A stretch of 64,000 nt of DNA from Candidatus Multivoradales bacterium (GTDB taxonomy: Bacteria > Acidobacteriota > Thermoanaerobaculia > Multivoradales > Multivoraceae), in assembly GCA_965223325.1 (NCBI GenBank), contig CBDCWI010000001.1, positions 1,504,001-1,568,000 on the forward strand. The letters run 5' to 3'. Every line of letters begins with the position of its first letter. Position 1 is the first letter of the stretch. The notes under the pieces were generated by a model. That model did not search any database and was not told the origin of the DNA. It saw nothing but the letters and a program-made list of their open reading frames with translations. Made by a program: the position numbers and the translations under genes. Positions 20,284 through 28,923 of the stretch are shown in pieces.

Positions 20284-20657
20284 CGCGACTTACCTCCGGA
20301 GCTCGAGCGAGCTCAATCCTGATGCTGTTTCTTATTGGCGCAAGCCGAATCTACTACCGATAACGAGTACGGGCCGTCAGCAACCATTCGTTACTTCCCT
20401 GGACTCTAAAGCGCCGCCGGTGGTTCCGCCGGTCAGCGCAGACCACGCGCCGTGGACTCTGGAAAATGAATGACGAAGCGTAGCGGAAGCCACGAAACTG
20501 CAATCACCCGACTCCTAAGAAAACTCGTGTCCGACCGAAAGTCCCGCCTGGTTTCGGGTCAAACAGTGGAACAATCGCCACTCCCTCCCCTCTATGGTCC
20601 CACCTGGACAGTGCCCAGGCGAACCGGGCCCAGCGACTTCTCGCCGGAGATTCAGCT

Positions 20658-21887
20658 TTGCCAACTCTCGATTCGGACTTCGTGCGCGCGCAGTTCCCTG
20701 CCTTCTCAGAAAGCTCCCTCGAGGGCTGGGGCTTCTTCGAGAATGCCGGCGGCTCCTACGCCTGCCGCCAGGTCATCGAGCGTCTGACCGACTTTTACCA
20801 GCGCACAAAGGTGCAGCCCTACTACAACTTTCCCGCATCTGTGGCTGCCGGCGAGGCCATGGACGAGGCCTACGAACGGCTCGCCGCCTACCTCGGTGTC
20901 TTTGAAGACGAAGTTCATCTCGGTCCGTCAACATCACAGAACACCTACGTCCTGGCGCAGGCACTTCGCGCGATGTGGCAGGAGGGCGATGAGATCGTGG
21001 TGTCCAACCAGGACCACGAGGCCAACGCCGGCGTCTGGAGGAGACTCGAGGGCAGCGGCATCATCGTCCGGGAGTGGAAGGTCGATGTGTCCACCGGCTG
21101 CCTGCAGCTCGAGAAGCTCGATGAGCTGTTGAGCGAGCGCACCGTCATGGTGGCCTTCCCGCATTGTTCGAACGTCGTCGCCGATATCAATCCGGTGGAG
21201 GAAGTCACCAGGAGAGCGCATCGCTTCGGTGCGATCACGGTCGTCGACGGTGTGTCGTATGCCCCGCACGGCTTCCCGGACATCGGTGCTCTCGGGGCCG
21301 ACATCTATCTGTTTTCGCTCTACAAGACCTATGGCCCGCACCTCGGGTTGATGACCGTGCGCCGCGACCTGTTCGAGAAACTGCCCAACCAGGGCCACTA
21401 TTTCAACGACGGCAACCCGCGCAAGCACTTGTTGCCCGCCGGGCCCGATCATGCGCAGATCGCCGCCGCCGCCGGGGTGGCTTTGTACTTCGACGCTCTC
21501 CATGCGCATCACTGGCCTGACGAGGCACCAGCCCGAGTTCGCGGGCAACGGCTTCATGAGCTCTTTCGTGACCACGAAACAAAGCTGCTCGCACCGCTCC
21601 TCGACTGGCTGGACGATCGCTCCGACATCCGCCTGGTCGGCCCCGCAGACCCCACCCGGCGCGCTCCCACGGTGGCGTTCTATTCACAGTCGCGCGCCAC
21701 CGAAGCAGTTCTCGACGACCTGACCGATCACCGCATCATGGCGGGCAACGGTCACTTCTACGCCGTGCGACCCCTCGACGCCATGGGAGTCGATCTCGAC
21801 AGAGGAGTCGTGCGCCTCTCGTTTGTCCACTACACGACCGAGGCTGAGGTCGAACAGTTGATGAACGCCCTCGAGAACGTGCTGTAG
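20658..21887 (+). CDS. Class V PLP enzyme, cysteine desulfurase-like subfamily lacking the catalytic Cys
   Basis: VRAQFP, FENAGG, DHEAN, VDGVSYAPH, FSLYKTYGPH (PLP Lys), GHFYA, VRLSFVHY. Confidence 0.88.
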   Translation: MPTLDSDFVRAQFPAFSESSLEGWGFFENAGGSYACRQVIERLTDFYQRTKVQPYYNFPASVAAGEAMDEAYERLAAYLGVFEDEVHLGPSTSQNTYVLAQALRAMWQEGDEIVVSNQDHEANAGVWRRLEGSGIIVREWKVDVSTGCLQLEKLDELLSERTVMVAFPHCSNVVADINPVEEVTRRAHRFGAITVVDGVSYAPHGFPDIGALGADIYLFSLYKTYGPHLGLMTVRRDLFEKLPNQGHYFNDGNPRKHLLPAGPDHAQIAAAAGVALYFDALHAHHWPDEAPARVRGQRLHELFRDHETKLLAPLLDWLDDRSDIRLVGPADPTRRAPTVAFYSQSRATEAVLDDLTDHRIMAGNGHFYAVRPLDAMGVDLDRGVVRLSFVHYTTEAEVEQLMNALENVL

Positions 21888-21901
21888 CACTCTCCAGAGC
21901 A

Positions 21902-22513
21902 CTATCCAAACAGGTCGAGCGGGCCCTCCCACCTCACCTCGGCCCCTGCACTCACCGCGCCGCGCAGGCGATAGCCGAGCGCGTTGACGGTCGACTCGGG
22001 CGGCTCATCAAAGTGGCCGCGCACCCAGGCGCGTAGCGCCGCCATGACGCCGCCGTGCGAGACCACCACAATCTCCTCACCCAGGTGCCGTAGGGCGAGG
22101 GCGTCGAGAGCTGGGCCGACCCGCTTCATGACGTCTTCGAGGGATTCGCCGCCAGGCGCACGCGCGAACCACCGCTCGTGCGGCTCGGGGAGGGCTCCGC
22201 GCAGGTCGTAGAACGACTCGTAGGGCTGGCCCTCCAGCTCACCGAAACTCTGCTCGTAGAACGCCGGGTCGATGACCGGCTCGAGGTCGAGGGCGGCACC
22301 AATGTGGCGCGCGGTGTCGTGCGCCCGCTGGTACGGACTGGCGTAGAGGGTGACGGGCCGGGAAACCTCCGCCAGCCGGCGCCCGGTTTCGAGGGCCTGC
22401 TCGACTCCCAGTTCGGTCAACGGTTCATCATCGCTCCTGGTGAAGCGGCGTTCTGCGTTGGCCAGGCTTTCGCCGTGGCGGATCATGATCAACTCGGCTA
22501 CGGACACCTGCAA
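21902..22513 (-). CDS. Histidine phosphatase (phosphoglycerate mutase family)
   Basis: IRHGES, SPYQRA, PGGES, VVSHGG. Confidence 0.92.
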   Translation of the reverse strand: MQVSVAELIMIRHGESLANAERRFTRSDDEPLTELGVEQALETGRRLAEVSRPVTLYASPYQRAHDTARHIGAALDLEPVIDPAFYEQSFGELEGQPYESFYDLRGALPEPHERWFARAPGGESLEDVMKRVGPALDALALRHLGEEIVVVSHGGVMAALRAWVRGHFDEPPESTVNALGYRLRGAVSAGAEVRWEGPLDLFG

Positions 22514-22593
22514 CTACCTTTCGAGAGATGACGTGTCGAGGCAGCGAGACGTTATCTTAGGCCGACATCCCTCTCAGAACTTCGGAGTTCAGC

Positions 22594-24063
22594 ATGACGA
22601 CTGATGCAAACGCCTCAACGGCTAGCGAGTTGCAACCGCCGCAAGACGGCCTCCTGGTGATCGTCAAGGAAGACTGCCCGACCTGCAAGCTGGTCGTACC
22701 GGCTCTGGTTGATATTGCACAGTCACCAGAAGGGCTGATGACGGTCACGCAAGACGACCCCGACTTTCCCGCTCGACCGGCAGCCGTTCTCGACCGTGAT
22801 CTCCTGCTCTCCGAAGCGCTCGAGGTCGAGACCGTCCCGACGCTGATTCGTTTCGAGAATGGCCGTGAGACCGCCCGGTCCGTCGGCTGGCAGCGAGCCG
22901 AGTGGCGCGACGTCGCCGCCCTCGCCGAGCTCGGCGAAGCGCTTCCCGAAGCCAGGCCTGGGTGCGGGTCGCTCCATCTCGATCCGGCATTTGCGGTGGC
23001 GCGACTTCGTCGACAAGCCGACTCAGTCCTCGCGGCCCGCCGCATCGACACCGGCGGTCTCGAAGACCCGGTCGAGGCTTGCTACGCGCGTGGATGGACC
23101 GATGGTCTCCCGGTCGTACCACCAACACCCGAACGGGTGATGAGGATGTTGGGCGGGACCGGGCGCGCTCCCGAGGATCTCGTCGGTGAAATCGCGCCGG
23201 ACTACGCGCCTTGCACCGTCGAAAAAGTCGCCATCAACGCGGTCATGGCGGGCTGCAGGCCCGAGTACATGCCCGTCGTCCTCGCCGCGGTCGAAGCCGC
23301 AGCACGGCCCGAGTTCAACTGGCACGGCCTCGCTGCAACGACCTATTTTTCTGGCCCGGTGGTGGTCGTCAACGGGCCGATCACGCGCGCCATCGACATG
23401 AACTCGGGCCACAACGCACTCGGCCAGGGCAACCGCGCCAACGCCACCATCGGCCGCGCCCTGCAGCTCGTCTTGCGCAACATCGGCGGCGCTCGTCCCG
23501 GCGAGATCGACCGCGCCACGCTCGGCAATCCAGGCAAGTACACCTTCTGCTTCGCCGAGAACGAAACCGATTCACCGTGGCCCTCGCTGGCCGAGGAGCG
23601 CGGCGCCTCTCCCGGTGCCTCCGCGGTCACCCTCTTTGCCGGCGAAGCGCCACGCGGCGTTGTCGACCAGTTGTCACGCGAACCCGAATCGCTCGCTAGC
23701 AGCCTGGCGATGGCGCTGCGCTCTGTTGCCCACCCCAAGCTGGTGCTCGGTTTCGACGCCATGGTCGTCATCTCGCCCGAGCACATGCGAGTGCTCGGCG
23801 AGGCGAACTGGTCAAAGGACGAACTGCGCGCCGCGATCATGAAGCACCTGATGCTGCCCAAGAGCGAGATCGTGCGCGGCGCGCAAGACTGCGCCGAGGG
23901 AGTGCCCGCAGCCGTCGAGGCCGCGGCCCTTCCCAAGTTCCGTCCCGACGGCCTGTGGTTCGTGCACGCTGGAGGTGGGGCGGGACTGTTCTCGGCCATC
24001 ATCGGCGGTTGGGTGAGCGGCGAGATGGGCAGTCAACCGGTTACCGTCGAGGTACGCGATTGA
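22594..24063 (+). CDS. Thioredoxin-fold (CPTC) protein fused to a 'WTDGLPVVPPT' domain, partner of the UGSC protein
   Basis: KEDCPTC, VPTL, PGCGS, GWTDGLPVVPPTPERV, NAVMAGC, NRANATIGRA. Confidence 0.8.
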   Translation: MTTDANASTASELQPPQDGLLVIVKEDCPTCKLVVPALVDIAQSPEGLMTVTQDDPDFPARPAAVLDRDLLLSEALEVETVPTLIRFENGRETARSVGWQRAEWRDVAALAELGEALPEARPGCGSLHLDPAFAVARLRRQADSVLAARRIDTGGLEDPVEACYARGWTDGLPVVPPTPERVMRMLGGTGRAPEDLVGEIAPDYAPCTVEKVAINAVMAGCRPEYMPVVLAAVEAAARPEFNWHGLAATTYFSGPVVVVNGPITRAIDMNSGHNALGQGNRANATIGRALQLVLRNIGGARPGEIDRATLGNPGKYTFCFAENETDSPWPSLAEERGASPGASAVTLFAGEAPRGVVDQLSREPESLASSLAMALRSVAHPKLVLGFDAMVVISPEHMRVLGEANWSKDELRAAIMKHLMLPKSEIVRGAQDCAEGVPAAVEAAALPKFRPDGLWFVHAGGGAGLFSAIIGGWVSGEMGSQPVTVEVRD

Positions 24064-24141
24064 GGCCGAGTTGGCCAGGCCAAGGCCCGGTGAGACCCGA
24101 GGCTGGCTCTCGGATGTGGCGTGCGATAGCCTGCCCCTCAG

Positions 24142-24726
24142 ATGGAACACAGCGCACAGACCTCGAACGGCCCGCTGCTCGATCCCACGAGCGAGCTGCG
24201 CCCGGAACACCGCGCAACGCTCCCTCGACTCGATCAGATCGATGGCAAGACCATAGGCCTGCTCGATATCTCCAAAGCGCGCGGCGACGTCTTCTTGGCC
24301 GAGGTGCAGAGCATTCTCGAGCAGCGGGGCGCCAGGGTGCTTCACTTCAGGAAGCCCACGTTCTCCAAACCGGCTCCACCAGACCTGCGCAAGGAAATCC
24401 GCGAACAGTGCGACGCTGTGCTCGAAGCGCTCGCCGACTGAGGGTCTTGCACGTCGTGCAGTGTGCACGACATCACCTCACTCGAAGCTCTCGGGCTGCC
24501 GGGCGCGTTCGTCGCGTCGACCGAGTTCATCGATGCAGCCGCAGCGCAGTCACGCTCGATCGGGCTCGCGCCGCGCGCGGTCTACGTGCAGCACCCGATC
24601 CAGGACCGCACGGACCAGGAGCTCAGAGCGCTGGCCGTCGCTGCGACCGACGAGATCGTCGCCGCACTCTCGGCTTCCGTGGGCTCCACTTCCGAAGCCT
24701 CTCCGTCAGATCGAGTCACCACCTGA
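24142..24726 (+). CDS. UGSC-family selenoprotein (Sec at TGA 24439-24441), about 194 aa
   Basis: ORFs 24142..24441 and 24463..24726 share a frame and join through one TGA: ALAD-U-GSCTSCSVHD; SECIS follows. Confidence 0.9.
24439..24480 (+). promoter_or_regulatory. Bacterial SECIS element
   Basis: Perfect stem GTCGTGCA (24453-60)/TGCACGAC (24464-71) with GTG loop 19 nt after UGA; TGAGG can pair with CCTCA (24476-80). Confidence 0.8.
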
Positions 24727-24745
24727 CCGACGCGCGGTTCCACTG

Positions 24746-25852
24746 ATGCGGGTTGCCTTCGACACCAACCGGGTGTGGCTCGGGCGTGGCAGTGCCCGCA
24801 CCTACCTCGACGCCCTCCTGCCGGCACTGCTCGATACCGCCCGCGCTGACGACACGGTGATCGTGGTGCGAACGGCCGACGGGCCGGCGCCTGATGCGCT
24901 GGCGTTCCTGCTCCGGCGTTCCAACCTCGAGGCGACCGAAATCAACGTACGCGGTAAACGGCACGACCTCTGGCGGCGGGTCCAGCGCCCTTCGGTACAG
25001 AGTCTTGCGCGAGGTCTCGAGAGCGTCGACATCTTCCATTCGGTCACACCACCCCTTCTGCCCACACGCGCGGGAACACGCATCGCGACGGTCCACGCCC
25101 TGGGCCTTCCGCAAAACGCTGCGGCACTGGCGCGCTCGCTCCGGCGCGCCGACTGCGTGATCGTACCGGCGGAGGGAACCGCAGCGATTCTCTCCGAGCG
25201 CCATGGAATCGCCGCCGATCGCCTGCGGGTCATTCGCCCGGGAGTCGCCGCGCAGTATCTCGAGCCACCCAAACCGGCCATCATGGAAGAGCTGTGTACC
25301 CGCTTTCCGTTTCTTCAAGAACCCTACGTCCTGACGATCGGCGCCAGCGCCGACCCCGACACCGGCGCACCCTTCTTGATCGACGCACACGGCGAAGCCC
25401 GCGCCATCGACCCCACCCTTCCACCCCTGGTGGTCGTTGCGCCGCGCGGCGGCACCGAGGCGGTGGCTCGGTTGATCGAAGAAGGCGGCCGCCAGGGAGC
25501 CGTGTTCACCATCGAAGACCTCGGTCGCCAAGAGCTACCAGCGCTCTACCGCGGTGCCGAGTTCGTTCTCGAACCAGCCTCGACCGGAGCCTTCGGGCAG
25601 TCCCTCTTAGAAGCGGCCGCCTGCGGCATCCCAGCTCTCGCGCATGCGGAGTGCGGAGCGCTCGAAATGGTACAGGCAGGAGCCATCACACCGACCCCGG
25701 GCACGACGGGCTGGGCTCGGGCAATGGCGGATCTCCACCAGGAGCGCGACACCCGCGCACGCCTCGGGCTTTCCGCCCGCCGAGCGACTGCAGACTGGAC
25801 CTGGGAACGCGCAGCGCGCGAGCATTGGCAGCTTTATGACGAAATCCACTAG
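24746..25852 (+). CDS. GT4 family glycosyltransferase
   Basis: MRVAFD...TYL, ATVH, VIRPGV, LYRGA, FGQSLLEAAACGIP, WTWERAA. Confidence 0.85.
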   Translation: MRVAFDTNRVWLGRGSARTYLDALLPALLDTARADDTVIVVRTADGPAPDALAFLLRRSNLEATEINVRGKRHDLWRRVQRPSVQSLARGLESVDIFHSVTPPLLPTRAGTRIATVHALGLPQNAAALARSLRRADCVIVPAEGTAAILSERHGIAADRLRVIRPGVAAQYLEPPKPAIMEELCTRFPFLQEPYVLTIGASADPDTGAPFLIDAHGEARAIDPTLPPLVVVAPRGGTEAVARLIEEGGRQGAVFTIEDLGRQELPALYRGAEFVLEPASTGAFGQSLLEAAACGIPALAHAECGALEMVQAGAITPTPGTTGWARAMADLHQERDTRARLGLSARRATADWTWERAAREHWQLYDEIH

Positions 25853-26912
25853 CAACGGCGGCTCGAACAAACGGCGCCAGAAGAAGCGACTGCCTTCGCC
25901 GCGTCGTTTCGAAACCGCCGAGGGTCGTGTGATCTACGCGGTCTCGATTGAGACCTTCCCGGGCTTCTTCAATAACGTCTACGTCCTCGATGACGGAGAA
26001 CGCCTGGCGCTCGTCGATACCGGGTCGGGCTTTGAGGGTTCGAACGAGGAGTTGGTGCGCGAGCTGGGCCAGATCGAAGAGTCGTTCGGTCGTCCGGTGG
26101 CACTCGAAGACCTGGACGCGATCATCATCACTCACGCTCACTCGGACCATTTTGGCGGCCTCGGCTTCGTGCGCGAGCACAGTGACGCGCCGGTTTCGGT
26201 CCATGCCCTCGACGTGCCGGTGGTCTCGCACTACGAAGAGCGAGTCATCACCGCGTCTCGTCAGCTCGACGCCTTTCTGATGTCGGCCGGGCTTTCCGAC
26301 AAGGCGCGCGAAGGTCTGATGCGCATGTACAAAGCCGGCAAGGACCGCTTTGTTTCCGTCCCCGTCGATCAGCGGATCGAAGAAGGCGACGACATTCTCG
26401 ATGGGAACGGCACTCCCCTGGGCGTCGAGACCTTCCACGTCCCCGGCCACTGCCCCGGCCAGATCTGCATTCGCGTCGACGACGTTCTGCTCACCGCCGA
26501 CCATGTCCTCGAGCGCATCACGCCTCATCAGGCTCCCGAAGCGATCACGCTCAACACCGGTCTCCAGCACTACCTCGAGTCGCTTGCGAAGATCGAACAA
26601 CTCGACGGCATTCGACTCGGGCTCGGCGGGCACGAGAATCCCATCGAGGACACCTCCAAGCGTTGCCGTGAGATCGCAGCGTCGCACGACGAGCGCCTGG
26701 CGGAGGTGCTCGACTTCATGAACCAACCGCGCACCACCGCCGAAGTCAGCAAAGAACTCTTCGGCGGCCTCTCGGGCTACACGATCCTCCTCGGTCTCGA
26801 AGAAGCCGGTGCACACGTCGAGTACCTGCACCTGCGCGGCGAGATCGAAGCCGCGAACCTCGAAGAGCTCGAGGACCCGGCCCATCCCGAAGTGCGCTGG
26901 ATCAGAACCTAG
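25836..26912 (+). CDS. MBL-fold metallo-hydrolase
   Basis: LVDTG, THAHSDHFGG, PGHCPG, ADHVL, GGH. Confidence 0.9.
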   Translation: MTKSTSNGGSNKRRQKKRLPSPRRFETAEGRVIYAVSIETFPGFFNNVYVLDDGERLALVDTGSGFEGSNEELVRELGQIEESFGRPVALEDLDAIIITHAHSDHFGGLGFVREHSDAPVSVHALDVPVVSHYEERVITASRQLDAFLMSAGLSDKAREGLMRMYKAGKDRFVSVPVDQRIEEGDDILDGNGTPLGVETFHVPGHCPGQICIRVDDVLLTADHVLERITPHQAPEAITLNTGLQHYLESLAKIEQLDGIRLGLGGHENPIEDTSKRCREIAASHDERLAEVLDFMNQPRTTAEVSKELFGGLSGYTILLGLEEAGAHVEYLHLRGEIEAANLEELEDPAHPEVRWIRT

Positions 26913-26921
26913 GCCCTAAGG

Positions 26922-28622
26922 CTAGTTCCCGGCCGCGGCCTGGGCGGGCAGCACCGGCAGCAGGAGAGCCGACGGGTGGTCTTTGTCGTGGAAGATCACG
27001 TTCCTCGCGACGCGGGGTGCGAGCGTTGATTCGCCGGGCGTTTCACCGGTATTGGGGTTCACCTCGAAACGGGGCGAGTTGCTCGACGTGATGTGGACCG
27101 CCAGCTTATGGCCCTTCTCGATGGTGATGCCGGTATGCCAGAGGTCGACTTCGAGCTTCGTTGGTTCGCCCGGCTCCATCGGTCGCACGTCCTGTGCTCG
27201 CCGCCCGTTGCGATAGCGCGCTCTGATCCCGCTATCGATCACCAACGCTTCGTAGCCATTCGGATAGACATCGACGACTTTGACCATGAAATCGGTATCG
27301 GTCCCGTCGGTCGCAGCCCACAGTTCCATGCCAAGCTCCCCTGCCAGGGTCAGGTCTTCCTCGAGCACCGCGGTTTCGAAGCGTAGATAGTCGGGGCGCT
27401 CGGGGATCGCACGTTGGTCCATCGGGCCGAGCGGCAGGGTGAGGTTGAGCCCGCCAACGGTGGGCACGGGCCGCGCGGGATCGAAGCTGTAATCGGTGCT
27501 GGCCTCGCGGGTGGTCGGCCTATTGAACGCGAGCTTCTTGTTTTCGTGCAGGTAGAGGCGAGTGATCGTCGACCCGTTCGGGGGCCAGGTCTCACTGGCG
27601 CGCCAGCCGTTCAAATCAGACGCCTTGCCCTCGAGCGCTGCGGCGCGGTGGTACCACCGCACCGGTGGTTCGTCCATGATGCCGTTGTCGATGCCCTTGA
27701 GCCAGTAGTCGAACCAACGCAGTTCAAGGGAGACATCTGGCCGCAGATCGCCAGGGTAGGCGAGCTCGCCGCGAAGCTGCCCATGACCGAACGGGCCGAC
27801 CCACAGCTTCTGGTTGCCGCGCGCACCGGGCTGCCCCCACTCCTGGAGGTAGCTGAAGTTGTTGATCGTGCCTTCGAGGAAAAGGTCGTACCAGCCGCCC
27901 ACGTTGTAGATCGGAATGTCGACTTCGTGACGCTGGAAGATGAAGTCCATCTCCTGCCAGCGCTCGTCGAGCACGACGCGCTTCTTGTAAGCCGCCACCG
28001 CTTCTTCGCTGACTCCCTGACCGCGCATCCAGTTGCCGGTGTCGGCTTCTTTGAAAAGCCCGCCGATGAAGCGGCCCTCGAAGAAGAGGCTCTCCGGTGC
28101 AACCACCACGTAGGCGGCTACCAGATGTGGTGGATCGGCTGCCGCCGCCATGTTGGCTGCGATCCCGAGGGCGCTGCCACCCGAGATCCCGACCCGGCCA
28201 TTCGACCAGGGCTCGCCTGCGATCCACTCCACCGTGTCGTACCCGTCGGCCAACTCGCTCTCATGCGGTGTGTACTCACCCTGCGAACGGAAACGACCGC
28301 GCTGATCCTGAATAACGAGGGCGTAGCCATTCGAGGTGTAGGGACCCTCGCCGCCGCCCGTGCCCTTGTCGTACGGCGTCCGCCGCAGGATGACGGGCCA
28401 GGGCCCTTCGCCCTCGGGCAGGTAGACGTCGGTTGCGAGCAGAATGCCGTCGCGCATCGGCACCATGACCTCGGTGCGCTCGCCGGCTCCAGGTGTCGCG
28501 TCGACCTTGTTGGCGTTGTTGGTACTGCCGCCGGTCGCGAAGCCAAAGCCGGGTATCGAGAGGGCTACGAAGAGGGCACTGCCCAGGATAGTGAGCCTTG
28601 ATCGGGTGTTTTTCGCCACCAT
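26922..28622 (-). CDS. Secreted CocE/NonD family hydrolase
   Basis: VPMRDG, RTPY, QDQRGRFRSQG, DGYDTVEW, GGSALG, GGWYDLF, SSNSPRF. Confidence 0.92.
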   Translation of the reverse strand: MVAKNTRSRLTILGSALFVALSIPGFGFATGGSTNNANKVDATPGAGERTEVMVPMRDGILLATDVYLPEGEGPWPVILRRTPYDKGTGGGEGPYTSNGYALVIQDQRGRFRSQGEYTPHESELADGYDTVEWIAGEPWSNGRVGISGGSALGIAANMAAAADPPHLVAAYVVVAPESLFFEGRFIGGLFKEADTGNWMRGQGVSEEAVAAYKKRVVLDERWQEMDFIFQRHEVDIPIYNVGGWYDLFLEGTINNFSYLQEWGQPGARGNQKLWVGPFGHGQLRGELAYPGDLRPDVSLELRWFDYWLKGIDNGIMDEPPVRWYHRAAALEGKASDLNGWRASETWPPNGSTITRLYLHENKKLAFNRPTTREASTDYSFDPARPVPTVGGLNLTLPLGPMDQRAIPERPDYLRFETAVLEEDLTLAGELGMELWAATDGTDTDFMVKVVDVYPNGYEALVIDSGIRARYRNGRRAQDVRPMEPGEPTKLEVDLWHTGITIEKGHKLAVHITSSNSPRFEVNPNTGETPGESTLAPRVARNVIFHDKDHPSALLLPVLPAQAAAGN

Positions 28623-28714
28623 GGGTAGGGAGGCCCCTTTCGGCGTGGGGTTCTTGGAAGACGGCGGGGGTGTGGGAACGACGTTATCAACCCTCTGCGC
28701 GACCTACGCGGCCG

Positions 28715-28748
28715 GTGCTCGACGGCCTGTGCTCGACGGCCTGTGTTC
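28715..28748. repeat. 14-bp tandem repeat GTGCTCGACGGCCT x2.4
   Basis: Copies at 28715 and 28729 plus a partial GTGTTC. Confidence 0.6.
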
Positions 28749-28923
28749 GGATCCGAGGACCACCCTGAAGCCAACGCCCGACCTCTCACCTCCAACGAAG
28801 AGCGACTCGAGATCTACGGCGTTCGTTCTGAGCCCCACTGGGCCGTACCTCGAAGAGATCAGGCCTGGCGCCGCTCTGCCTCGAGCTGCAGGCGGCGCCA
28901 GGTAACGACCTCTACTTGCTGCG

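Noticed and set aside
24463-24726. Separate 87-aa gene, or a nonsense pseudogene
   Set aside because: In frame with the upstream ORF through a single TGA with a UxxC motif and SECIS; better explained as Sec recoding
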